A stretch of 64,000 bases of DNA from Iphione sp. A-MEVVRFRX5 (GCA_976226885.1 OZ320313.1:62124001-62188000); one strand, 5' to 3'. Counted from the first letter of the stretch, positions 36,295-48,588 are shown. Notes: a model not told the origin generated them from the sequence alone. Numbers and translations: made by a program.

Positions 36295-39200
36295 ATGAAG
36301 AAAACATGGAAATGGAAATAGGAAATAAGGGATCCCAAACGTGACTGGGCTAATGTCTGTCATTGTGTAATCACTCTGTAATAATTGTGAAATAACTGTG
36401 CAATAATTGTGTAATAACAGTCACCGCTGACTTGATGTGACGTACAATATGAAATTAATGAACTAGCACTTTCACAATTCGATCACCAAAACTACACTAG
36501 CCGAGTACAGATAAATAACGGCCTCATGGGACCAAGGGCGAATGTCCAGGTCTCAACAAACTTGGTAGATGTCATGGAGGGGCTAGGGATGGTTGTCCAA
36601 GTTCCAACATGTCCAGCAAATGTCCCACATTAACGAGAAAACTTGAATATCCAATCAGCATAACAGGTGGCATCCCATGTCTAACCAGTAAGTGTCATAT
36701 TTGAAAGTACCAGATGACCACCAAAAAGAAAAGATTAGTAAGCTATGTTATCTGTGTAGCATGTACAAAAACTTTCAAGTTTCCACAAACTATGACAGAT
36801 TGCATTTTGCACTTATATCTGTTTGACTTGATCGCCAATTCGACTAAGGACCATTCTTGATGAGAAGGAAGGAGGGAACCACTCATCCAACTTTGTGGCA
36901 CCAACTTTGTCGATTGCCTTTTGCCATGGATCAGAATCAATATCTCTATATTTATTAAAAGACTCTGAAAAGGAATTCAATGTAACAATCTGTATCTAGT
37001 CCAGCATGCCAGTATCTAGTCACTGAATGGCAGGCTGGTGCTCCATTGAAGTAATCTTTTATTGTCATTGGGTGGTCATTTTTGAGCCTCAGTGGACAGT
37101 ATGAGGGGCGAGGGGGGTTGGTTCCTCTCTCTGTCCCTCTCCCTGATCAACTTTCCAAAGCCCTCAGTATCTAGTCACTGAATGGCAGGCTGGTGCTCCA
37201 TTGTGCCCTCTCTATCTCTATATTTATTAGAAGACTCAGAAAAAAATGTTAGTATGAGCAGATAGCAGATAGTATGGGCACACCACCAGTATCTTATATA
37301 TTTTATTGTCAAATTATCTTCAATTACATTGGGGGACACTATCAACGTTGTTGGTAGATCCATTAATCCCTGGGCTGGAGGCAGACAGCTGCTGTCTAGC
37401 CCTTTTTGAGCCTCACTTGGTAAGATTATTCTCTGTGAGCCAATGCAAGATGATGTTGCAGAATGCACCTGACCGTTCAAGCAAGTCCCTTATATCCCTG
37501 AGTCCTGCACATAGATTGGGTGTCATTTAGTCATGTAATTAATGCCAGTCAACTAGTCTGCAATCCTGAATTGATAATTTTCCATATCTTGATTGAAACA
37601 GTAATTTTGGAATCAATCCTGTTGTCCCCAAACCCCTGGTGTCTGGATGTCCAGCCTGTCCTCACACTTCCCCATTCAGTAACATTGAGTGGAAATCTAG
37701 GTCATTTCTTCCGCTGTAGACCACCCCCTAATTGTGGGCCACTGGCAGCATCTGACTGGAAGCACTAAGTTTTCAGGTTGTGCTGTTCGCCAGTGGTGGC
37801 GGTGCAATTGTGGCATTTGCAGTGATGTCTGTGACAGCAGGTTCGAGTCCCTGTTCTCTTCTACTGACTCATCTTTAGTAGCATCTTGAACCTCCATTGA
37901 AAGGGCTTGCTATCGTTGGTGTATCTATTACCCCCACATTCTCTCTGGCTGACTTTTTGGTAGACCCATTATTCCATAGATTACAGCTGAAACCTGCCAT
38001 TTCACCAGAATGGGTCACAAATAGATTATAAACATATCAATGAGAACTTTATAGAATTACTTATATCCATTGAAGTTTTCATGAAGGAAAATACTAATAT
38101 GGGAAAGAAGAACCGAATAACTGCATATTGGCTGTTCTGGCTAGAAGATGAAAAAGGGGACTATTTGAGAAACGCAGTCAACATTGTTTGGTCAAAGGTG
38201 TCTAAAGCTCATTGAAATATTTATAAAGAGCAAGCAAAGGAATAGAACCAGGCAAAAGAAGTGGCACATCCACCAAGGGGACTTGAGTTAATCATTAGAA
38301 GTCAGTTGTTGAATGTGCACAGAGCTTTGGATTCACAGATGGTATACATGGAACAAGAGGATGATCACTTAAGAGATGTTGGTAAGTCTGTCCATGTGGA
38401 ATTACAGCTGAGGTAAGAAGATAGGAAAAAGAGAAACAAGTCTTGACAGCACAAAAGAGTGGAATTTAAAAAATCCTGTAAGTATTAATTGGATAATTTA
38501 TACCTATTGGGGTGAGCAGTTTTTTTTATTTGAGGAGAGCCATAGATATCGTCATCAGACACACTGTTTTTCCATGCAACTCTAATATTGCAACATGATG
38601 ATACTAGATGTCAGTCTGACAGTATGCAACACTGGCTATAACAACCTGTCTCACAAAAAAATATGATGGTATGGGTACCAGTCTAACACTTGCCTACTCT
38701 GCCACACACAAACAGAACAGACATAATCCATCCAGGCATGTCTCAGAAACATGATAATGACATCTTCCTTGCACACCTTATAATGACATCATAATAACTT
38801 TAAGTGGTTGGCACTAAAAACTTGCAACACTAGATATTGTTTTAGTTTGACGTCATCAAGTACTGACATTACACATTCCCTGCCCCTCTTTAAAAATGGT
38901 ACTGTCCCAAATTGCACCATGCCATAATCCTGACACAAAACACAAAATGAGGGCATGGGTACCAGTATAAGCAAGGATGCTGAAACCAACCAACACATCT
39001 GGGACACCCATGATGACATCATCCAGGCACTAGAAATAATTGTCCTTTAGATATTGCTGCATGATGATGCTAGATGTCAGTCCTTGTCATCATACAAAGG
39101 TCTATCCACACTCCTGTTGCAACACATTGAACCTGACATCATTATATGAAGACACAGGTTTTGCTGCTAGATGTCATCTCAGTCATTGTGACAATGTCAC

Positions 39201-39548
39201 CTACAAAACCTTCTACCACTCAGAACCTTCAGTTGCAACACAATGAAGCAATCTACAAAAAAAACCATGGGTCTAAAAGCACTGAATAAAAAGAGTTACT
39301 TCTTGCTGTCTGTCTGACGTCATGCAAAAATGTTTTATCCCCCATCCAGGAATGATCCCAGAATTTCCCACATTGCACCACACATTATGTGCACCTCATA
39401 ATGACAATATTGTAAGGTCATAACTAGGACATGTGACTCCTACATGACTTAAGTAGGTCAAAGTCCAAAGGTCAAGTTGTTTGCACTAAAACAAGTTGCA
39501 ACCTTGTACCCCTATATACCACTGTTATTGAGTAAGATGTCATCTCGA

Positions 39549-39770
39549 CAGGGGGTGTCACCTATTCTGGTGAAGCATTTTTAGGTATTTTAATTCATGG
39601 TGAAATGTCATTTGCCTGTTGAAATAAGGGTGAATTACTATGAAGCATTTACTTGTGAAGTGCTACCAATGAATTAATTTTTGGTGGAGCGTTATCAGAT
39701 ATTTGTAAAAGTGTTATGGTGGCCTTGAATTCTTCGTGAAGCGTTATTGGGTACCCCCTTATCCCCCCTG
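39549..39770. mobile_element. Tc1/mariner-like MITE remnant (CAGGGGG ends, gtgaagcgttat internal repeats)
   Basis: CAGGGGG...CCCCCCTG|TA; a related fragment sits at about 19885-19975 inside another MITE. Confidence 0.45.
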
Positions 39771-40290
39771 TATCTCACTTATACTATGATAAACTTCAAA
39801 TTTTTATAAGATTGTCGACCTGTGATTCAATAATATGTACTAGCTGTGAAGTTCTAGCTTTAGTTTCTATTTATGAGATAGGGTAGTAATTAGAAACAAT
39901 ATTCTCTTTTTCAACTTGATCATAAGAATAAGATTTGTTATACATGTATATACAAATTAGTTTCTTGATCCTCACTAATTCATTTCATCCCATTTTTTCA
40001 CCCCTATATATTGCATGCATGTATATCACCTCCAGTGAATAAACACGATTTTTGAAAAACTTACCTACAGACCCCGTACATTAATCCTTATGAACACCAA
40101 ACTCCAATATGCGCAGAATGTTACCTGCTGTACACGCAGCTCTCCCTGAGCAGTTTTTCTACAGTATCATCGGAACAGTACAGAATTAATTATAATGTGA
40201 GAAATAGATTTAGGACTCCAAATGACGGAAAGAAGTTCCCGTTGGTTGGAAAGGAAAACCACTCCTGCAAAACGTCATTAGACCACACTA

Positions 40291-40506
40291 CAGGCCCGTA
40301 GCCAGGGAGGTATCGGGGGTATCAGCCGATACCCCCCAAGCAAGCCAAGAGTTCCATCTCTAGGCCTTCAAAGGTGTTTCATGAGAAAGAGGGGAGAGAG
40401 AGAGATAGAGAGACAGGGTGGAGAGAGAGGAAGAATGACTTCTCTAAACAGGAGTTTCACCTCTCTAGGCCTATATAGCCAAGGGTGTATCATAAGAAAG
40501 GGGGAG

Positions 40507-40584
<78 letters not shown>

Positions 40585-40677
40585 GACCTATTTAACCAAT
40601 AGTTCCACCTCTCTAGCTATGAGTTCCACCTCTCTAATTTGAGATACCCCCCAAAAGACTTCCTGGCTACGGGCCTG
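40291..40677. mobile_element. MITE with CAGGCCCGTAGCCAGG TIRs and a 5-bp TSD, containing a (GA)n tract
   Basis: CACTA|CAGGCCCGTAGCCAGG...CCTGGCTACGGGCCTG|CACTA. Confidence 0.88.
40509..40581. repeat. (GA)n microsatellite
   Basis: Direct. Confidence 0.98.
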
Positions 40678-41656
40678 CACTACCTCTAGATGAAGACAGC
40701 AAGTAACTGGTTCTGATGGACCTGTGTGATAGATGGTAGATGGCAGCACTGGTTGTCACCTGATGGCAACGGGCCGCTACACAAATGGACTAAATGGTGG
40801 TATTTTTCTCTCAAATAGGCCCACATTTTTACATATAGAAACATATTTGCCTGTCATAATCCACTAGAATATGAAATTATTCACACTAAATGAAAGTCAA
40901 ATGAGAATTGCTTGCTATTTGTAGCGTACCGACCCAGTGAGGCCATCAGGTCCCCATCCAACAAGCTTGTACACATACTTTGTCATTGAGTCCTTTCCAT
41001 TCTGAAAGAGAAAGTTCATTCCTCACAACCATTCAATGCCTTCACCTGAAGCTGGGGACACAACTTTTAAACTAAATACCTATAGTTTATTGCATGATTA
41101 TAACTCTCATTGAATAAAGGCAGGAGCCTTTCAGTTACAATATCCGCCAAACCACGTAGGCACGTTACGAATACCTGTTAAAGTACTGCTAATTAACCTA
41201 GGGGCCGGGGCCTGTTCGCATTCCATCAAGATTGCCTACAGTACAACCTTGCACTGAAAACAGTATTGCGGATAATCCGAGAATACGGGTACATGTACAT
41301 GTTTGGCATTTTGCATACCCACGCGCAGTACATCCATGACTTTAATCCTTTATTGAAATTCGCGGTAGTGAAAATATGTTGGACACGGCAGTCTAACCAT
41401 GGTTAATTTCGCATGACAAGCATATCTTAGCATGTACCCAAGTCAGAACCATTAAAACTCGTACTTTCCTTATGTACATGTTTCGGGAATCCAGTTGGTA
41501 ATGTATCCCCACCTGCTGCAAGAAGTATAAAATCATGCGCCCGCGAAACACTCGCCATCTGTTCAGCCTAATGCAGGTCACAGGATAGGTTAGATTTAAC
41601 ACTGGTTGGGTGGGCGCTGGTATAAGGCAAGTGCCCCGCATGCCTCCTAGCTTTTA

Positions 41657-42316
41657 AGTACTATCCCCATAGACGCGAACCTTCCGCACCCGCCACTCTG
41701 TGCGTGAAGAGCGGGGAGACCGCTTGAAGCAGTTAAGATATAATTATACCCATGTACGCGGACAACCCGGACACGGCACCTGCTGCGTGCGGGATGATCG
41801 GGTGTGGTCCGGGAATCACGCATACCCCGCCACCTTGCGCGTGATGGGAATAGGTGTGTGTGTGTGTGTGTGTGTGCGTGTGTGTGTGTGCATGTGTGTG
41901 TGTGCATGTGTGTGTGTGTGCATATCTCCCTGGATTCCTGTCAAATTTGTGTAAGTAATGTGTTTTTTGTGCAAATCTCACTGAATTCCTGTCAAATTTG
42001 TGTAGAAAATGTGTTTTTTATGCAGATCTCACTGAATTCCTGTCAAATTTGTGTAAATAATGTGTTTTTTTTGTGCAGATCTCACTGAATTCCTGTCAAA
42101 TTTGTGTAAATGATGTGTTTTTTGTGCATATCACATTGAATTCCTATCTTTTGTACTATATTTTGTTGTATTTCTTTTGTATTCTCAGCCTACCTGAGGT
42201 GGCGAATAGTTCGCGCATATGGGGATAAACCCCGCCACCTGTTGCGTACAGGTCCGGGCTGCACGCACCACGCCACAATTTGCGTGCGGGCAATTCGCGT
42301 CTATGGGGATAGTGCT
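41657..42316. mobile_element. Harbinger-like MITE just upstream of the LRR-Ig gene
   Basis: TTA|AGTACTATCCCCATAGACGCGAA...TTCGCGTCTATGGGGATAGTGCT|TTA (23-bp TIR, 1 mismatch); internal (TG)n and about four 51-52-bp tandem units. Confidence 0.88.
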
Positions 42317-42632
42317 TTACACAATAGACTACAGACAAATCTGGAGGCGCAAACCAGACCTGTCCCCCCAGACGTTCGCCGTACCTCACTCGAATAACCT
42401 TCGCTACACGGGTCTTTTCCGCCTGCCCGCCCACAGTGCATCGCCTGCCAGAGGAACTAGGTCACAGAGACGCGCCGAAAACAAGCGACGAGGGAAGGGC
42501 CAGTCGTGGAAAGGTGAGGAGGGTGCATGGACAAACAGTGAGCGTGTGCACCGTTTTGGAAGAGAAGAGAAACCAAGTCGGCCAGACTGGGGACGAGTTG
42601 AGGTGAGGGTTATCCAAGGCCGGACTCGGGAA

Positions 42633-43785
42633 ATGGCGGTGTGGCAGGCCTGTAGCCGGTTAGTAGTCGTTGGTGTTGTGGCGGTGTGCTTCACCGTGGC
42701 GGCGGTCGAAGCTTTCGATGGGTGTAGGATACGGTATGGCCCGCGCGGCTGCCACGACAATGTCTATGAAGGTGTGCTTGTTACCTGTGATGGCGACGGC
42801 AACTACGGAGCCATACCGCCGGTCATACCTAGCGATACAGTCTACATCTCGCTCAACAACTTTCAGTTCGACACACTCGCGCGCGCCAACTTCTCCAAGT
42901 TCAAGATGGTGCAGTGCATGAGCATCATGAACTCCGGCATTAATGAGATCGACTTCGATACCTTCACCGACATGGAGTCACTGCTCGAATTAGAGCTGCA
43001 TAACACTGACTTGGACGGCTACGATCTGAACTTTATCAACCACCCTGAATTCAAACCCGTCCGGGTCGCGATTACAGGATCCCCGCGCATCACTGCCTTG
43101 AATTTCCATGGTACACCCCTGATGGAGAAGATCACTGGATTCAGCCTTAAGGGCAATAGTATAACATTTATTCAGCCAAGCCTGATCTCAGCCCTCCAGA
43201 ATCTAGTCACTCTCGATCTCAGTGATAACAGGCTGGACACACTCGAATGGGACAAGCTGAGTGAGATGAGCAAGCTCAATGGACTCTACCTAAGCGGGAA
43301 CAACTTCCAGAACATCCCGCAGCGTGTTTTCCGCACCTTCTTTGCTGTGAGGGAGCTTAAGATTGCCGGCAATCCTTTCCACTGTAATTGCAACCTGCGC
43401 TGGCTGCGGGACTTCTACGCTGACACTAGTGACCGTATCATCGACCTTGACCAAGTGCACTGTGTTTCACCCTTCAAAAAGCGCATGATTGACGTACCTG
43501 AAAGCCAGTTTCTATGCACTCAACCCTCGCTACCCGTCATCGAGCGCTACCCCCTCGACTCGGAGGGTAAGGAGTATGCATACAATTGTTCGTCGATGGC
43601 GGATCCAGCGCCCAGTCTCACCCTGCACTTCACGGGCGACCAGACGCTCATCACGCCACCTAGCGAAGACCTGTCCAAGCTTAAAACAGCAACACCACGG
43701 ATTATAGGGTCAGCAGGAGGTGTCAAATGCATTGCCACCAACTCCGAGGGCTTCAGGGAGAAAGTAGAGTTTGTACCTCTCACAG
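42633..43785 (+). CDS. Leucine-rich repeat and Ig-like domain cell-surface protein (LIG-type), first coding exon; downstream exon(s) unresolved
   Basis: Signal peptide MAVWQACSRLVVVGVVAVCFTVAAVEA, Cys N-cap, LRRs (LVTLDLSDNRL, LNGLYLSGNNF), LRRCT NPFHCNCNLRWL...C...C, Ig-like C...ADPAP...CIATNSEG; strong donor ACAG|gtaggt at 43785/6. Confidence 0.9.
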
Positions 43786-44247
43786 GTAGGTTAACCCAGA
43801 CAGTGTCTTACTTCCTTGTGGACTTACGTCCAGTTTTCATGTGTACAGGGTTTTTTTTCTGGAAGCCATGATTGTCCAGAAAATGGGCAAATTTTCTGGA
43901 TGACCACAGACATCCAGTTTGCATCTCTACAGGCAGGAGAGAGGGTGTGTGTGTGTTGATCGGAAGGAATTCTTACCAACTCTGTGTAAATGGTTAGTTT
44001 TTTTTGTGCTGATTTGAAGAAATCCACCTCAGATCTGTGGAAATGGCAAGTGTTTTAACCCTTTCCTGACCGACAATGTTAAATCGTTCACTGGTGAACG
44101 ATGACCTTCAAGTTCAATTTACGTGTAGAGAGATTGTGATTTTGGATAAAACTGTTACATAATAAGGAAGATAAACTTGCAATAAAGGCATATAGACCCT
44201 AGAAATTTGCAAATATCTATATTTATACATTTAAATTGACTTTCGGC

Positions 44248-44271
44248 TGACGTCACTATGATGTTACGTCA
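44248..44271 (+). promoter_or_regulatory. CRE/ATF-type bZIP sites immediately upstream of the transposase ATG
   Basis: TGACGTCA at 44248-55 and TTACGTCA at 44264-71; ATG at 44280. Confidence 0.4.
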
Positions 44272-44279
44272 CTGACAAT

Positions 44280-47261
44280 ATGTCGCGGCCTAAGAGGATC
44301 GCAGCAGAGCGAGCGAAGGAGCTATTTCAAGCTAATCTTCAAGAAGAGGAAAGTGATGATTGTGAATTTTACGATGTTTCATCATCAGAAGATGAAGATG
44401 ATGAATCAATGGTTGTTGATGAAGAGTATTATGATTTAGAAGAGGAGGAAGAAGAAAATGCAGGTCTTATGGATGTGAGCGTAGCAGACGATCAACAAAG
44501 CCCGACGTGAGTTTGTGTTTATCAAGAAATAATTTCAAATCTTACAAATATTTACATGGAATCAATACATATGATACTATGAGTTTGGATTGTTATTGAA
44601 ACATGATAATAAAGTTTTATTCGCACTGTTTGAATAAAACAGAAACAGAAATGTAAAGCGCTCGGATTATGATTGACGTTAGGTTATGACGTAAACAGTT
44701 ACGTCATTGTTGTAAACAAAAGCACGTGTGCGCTGTAGTTGAAGTTATTGTCATTACGTGGCAATGGTACGATTATTACAGAAATAATGGCATAAGGTTG
44801 CCCTTTTGCTAATAATTCAACATGTCTATTAAAATTTAAAAAGAAAACACTAACGAATACAGGATATGTATAAATATTACGGTTTGTATATCCTTACATT
44901 CATAGATCGTCACCCGTAGGGTCGTATGACACTCCAGATATACAAGTTGAGTCTTCTGAATTCCAACCTGATGCTTCCCCTGGACCTCAATTGCCTCTCG
45001 GAGACAATAGATATGGACAACATCTCTTCAATCGGGCAATTGATTTCTTCCATCTCTTCTTTTCCGTGGAGGTGATTAAAGTAAGTTTTTACCTTGTGTT
45101 ACTGTCTATCATGTTCAATGCAATATAGACCTCATTTTGATAAGGATGTGCTTGTGTGATACTACTCCTTTGGGATATCTCTATGGAATGGTTCATGGCA
45201 TGAGATTTATTTCTAACAGGTGAAGATCACGATATATTATTTTTTGTAATATTTTTATTTTTATCTTTACAGATGATTACGGATTCAACCAATGCTTATG
45301 GTAATCTCCACATTCTCCAAAAGCAGACGTATGGCGTACATGCTGATGGCTGTTGGAAAGACGTCCAAATTGAGGAGATGCAGAATTTCTTAGCACTGAT
45401 AATTTTCATGGGCTTCATCCACAGAGCAGACATAAGCCGTTATTGGTCCCAGGCCACACTGTATGCAGGAGGATGGGCAAGGCGATTTATGTCTAGGAAC
45501 CGGTGAGTGTTGGATATGTCATATGACTAGGCAAATTATAGGATAATTATGATGTTTCAGCTGTAATACTGTGGCCTTATATTTCTTTCCATCCATGTTT
45601 GATGAATCGGGGCCCCCCCCTCTATCAATTAATCTATTTTATCATGGATAACTCTTTTTTTCAGCTTCAAAGCAGTTCTAGGCATGTTGCACGTTACAAA
45701 CCCTGAAAACGAGGATGTCAATGACAAACTGACCAAGGTTCGACCCCTGATAACGATAATAAAGAAGGCATGCCAGTCTACCTACGTTCCTTTCCAAAAC
45801 CTCTCTGTGGACGAACGTATGGTGCGTTCCAAAGCTAGATCCGGAATTCGGCAATACATCCCCAAGAAACCTGTTCGCTTTGGCATAAAATTGTGGTGCC
45901 TATGTGATGCAAAGACAGGATTCACCTCGGATTTCAAGTAAGAAAATAGACAATGCTGTGTCACGTATATGTATGAATCTATGGATCAATGCAATAAAAT
46001 GTACTGGCTATTTCCATTGACATTGCACAATATTAATACCTTTCTTCCAAAATGTTGATTTATTACAGTGTGTACACTGGACGAAGGGAAAAACCTAGTG
46101 GACGAGGCATTGGATTCGATGTTGTCACATCCTTGGTCGACCGTTTCAGAGATAAGGGTTACACTGTGTATTTCGACAATTACTTCACTTCATTGCCTCT
46201 CCTTCAACACCTGAAAGCAGCTGGAATATTTGCTTGTGGAACGACCATTCCTACCCGTCGTGGATTTCCCAAGGTGAGATAACTGATGAATGTACTGATA
46301 ACAGGTTGTCATAGTGAAGTATATTATTTTTACATTATGTGGATGAATTGTGCCTACATATATGTCGTGTTCTTTCAATGCAGAAACTGAGAGACAAGGC
46401 CTGGCTGCGTAAACCTAAACGTGGACAGATGAGGTATACAAGAGTAAATGGTACTTTATGCCTGCAATGGTATGACAACAGATCGGTTTGCATTTGTTCT
46501 ACCAAACACAATGCAAACGACTTTGTGATGGTTGACAGAAGAACCAAGAACAAGGCTGGAAAATTTGAATGTATCCAAGTGAAGAAACCAGTATCTGTCC
46601 ACGAATACAATAAGTATATGGGCGGAGTCGATATTTCTGACCAGAGGCTCGAGAGGTACTGCATACTGCTCAAATCCATGAGGTGGTGGAAGACAATATT
46701 TTATCACCTCCTGGACATGTCCGTCCTTAACGCTTACATCTTGTTCGACCTCTGGAGAAAGGCTCATCCTGAAAATCCGCTACTGCACAGACCAGCTGGT
46801 AAGACATTACTTTAGTACTCTGATATACCCAATAATTGAAAGAAAGAAGGCACTGTAATGTTTCCTTTCAGGTAACTACATGGCTTTGTATGACATTCCA
46901 CAAACATTTTTGTCGGCACTGTTCTGATTGACTCATTCTTTTTTTCCTGGTAACAGGGTATTCACATCTGTCATTCAGAGAAGAGTTGGTGAGGCAGCTG
47001 GCTTGCATTGCTGATACTGAAGACATCCCTAGTCAAGGTGTCCTGGTCAGGCAGCCCAATCATAACACACGACATGCTTCACATATGCCTGAAGTCTCAG
47101 AGAAAAGAAAGAATTGTCGTGTATGCTACACACTTCACAAGAAACAAAACAAGACCTCTTGGATGTGTCCAGAACCGGGTTGTCAAGTCAGCTTGTGCCT
47201 AAACGTAAACAGAAATTGCTTCAAGCTTTGGCACTCCAGTGCATTTGATGAGTACGTGTGA
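44280..47261 (+). CDS. piggyBac transposase, 609 aa, 7 exons: 44280-44506, 44906-45080, 45273-45502, 45665-45937, 46069-46273, 46384-46798, 46957-47261
   Basis: All junctions are GT-AG and phase-compatible (2,0,2,2,0,1), 1830 nt with no internal stop. Acidic N-terminus, DFFHLFF..E.I..ITDSTNAY, catalytic triad in SVDE, YFDNYFTS and MGGVDISDQ, QYIPKKPVRFGIK, C-terminal Cys-rich domain CRVC...CPEPGC...LC...CF..WH. Confidence 0.95.
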
Positions 47262-47462
47262 ATGTAAGTATTGACATACTATATACAGATGGACACAAAA
47301 TCTAAATCATACAGGAATGTTTCATGATTTATTCATGAAATTCTACAAATACTCAAAGAATACTGTAGTCCACAAACTAGATAATCTCTCAGTACTTCTA
47401 GGAATAGTACCCATTCTGCCATATTACAGTTTATTGTCACTGCAGCTGCTACACTACTTTTT

Positions 47463-48588
47463 TTAGGGATACGGCATTATTGTTAGCTCTTTCAGGGAAA
47501 CATGGTACACTCCTGGAGCATGTTGGTATTGCTCGTCGTAGGCGCCCTGGTTGTCACTTGGAAATTGCTCTCTCACAGCTGCGCGGAGCTCACTGGGGAA
47601 CACGAATGTGTGACAATCTTCTCCAAGTCCAGCTCCAAACTGCAAGAAAATTGACACTATTTTGTTGTAATTGTAAAAAAAGAGCATGTCTAAATCTTAT
47701 ATGGTGCATTTCCAATAATAGCAATTCCATACTCTGGATGTAGAGAATTACCTTGGTTGTGTTATATTGCCCCAGTATTAGCATAACAGTTTCCATCCAG
47801 TAGGACAACAGATGTAAGATAATGTAAAACAATGAAGGGCAAACAATAGCATGTATTCCATTATGGTTTTGTATAAGGAATGGAGGATTGTAAGAAAACT
47901 GGAAAACAGCACCAAAGAGTGATTGTCTATATGACAATATACTCACTTTGGCAGAGGCCCGCAGCTTCTTATATACATACTTTCGGCTGGGGCTCTCCTT
48001 TATGAGTTGCAGAAGAGGAACAGGCACATGAAGACTGGGTAAGGAAAATTGGACATGTAAATATGTTTATGTGACGATGTTACAAGAAATTTACAGTAAG
48101 CAAGGGCATTCAGTCAAGAGCAACTTCTTTTCAGTATATCATACAGCGACATGGTAAACATCAATGCACAAAGCAATCTGTGCTATAAGGATAGAAGCAT
48201 TACAATGGCAAGCATTCCAGAAGACAAAACCTGACCTATCCAAGTTTCCTTTTTACACATGAATTTAAAAAAAAAAACAACACAAAACCTGCACATTTTA
48301 CATCGTATTACCAAAGTGTCTTACTTCAACGTACTTGTCCAGATGGTCTAGCTATATTGTACATATTTCTAATACATATGTGATTTAAATGCTACAGCGT
48401 GAGTGCTACCCTCTTGGTATCATGCACCAAAGTACGTGAACGTTTTGTACGGTAAGCACATGGTGTTCGACATATGTCTGTTTTATAAGCATTAGAAATA
48501 ATAACATCTGCAATCATTTCCATTAATAAAGACTCTGGTATTATTACACTTACCCTGCCTTGTAGAAAGCCTTTATTAATTCATCCAT
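47463..48588 (-). CDS. Second (passenger) gene inside piggyBac, convergent with the transposase; exons 48588-48554, 48034-47947, 47639-47463; 99 aa, KolX / P2X7-ballast-like motif (tentative)
   Basis: Donors CAGG|gtaagt and CAAA|gtgagt; acceptors ttttccttacccag| and aattttcttgcag|. The 300-nt frame is open: MDELIKAFYKAGLHVPVPLLQLIKESPSRKYVYKKLRASAKFGAGLGEDCHTFVFPSELRAAVREQFPSDNQGAYDEQYQHAPGVYHVSLKELTIMPYP*. Minus-strand AATAAA at 47430-35 and 47328-33. Confidence 0.68.

Noticed and set aside
37839-37850. Perfect B box GGTTCGAGTCC as a tRNA gene
   Set aside because: No convincing A box or cloverleaf upstream.
42219-42632. First 138 aa of the 550-aa ORF as the real N-terminus
   Set aside because: It starts inside a MITE and is low-complexity; a clear signal peptide begins at 42633.
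43786-43871. ORF tail GRLTQTVSYF...FFFWKP as coding
   Set aside because: A strong donor (ACAG|gtaggt) precedes it, so it is probably intron read-through.
48324-48477. Extra exons for the piggyBac passenger gene
   Set aside because: Candidates either contain stops in the needed phase or have poor acceptors; the three-exon model is already in frame.
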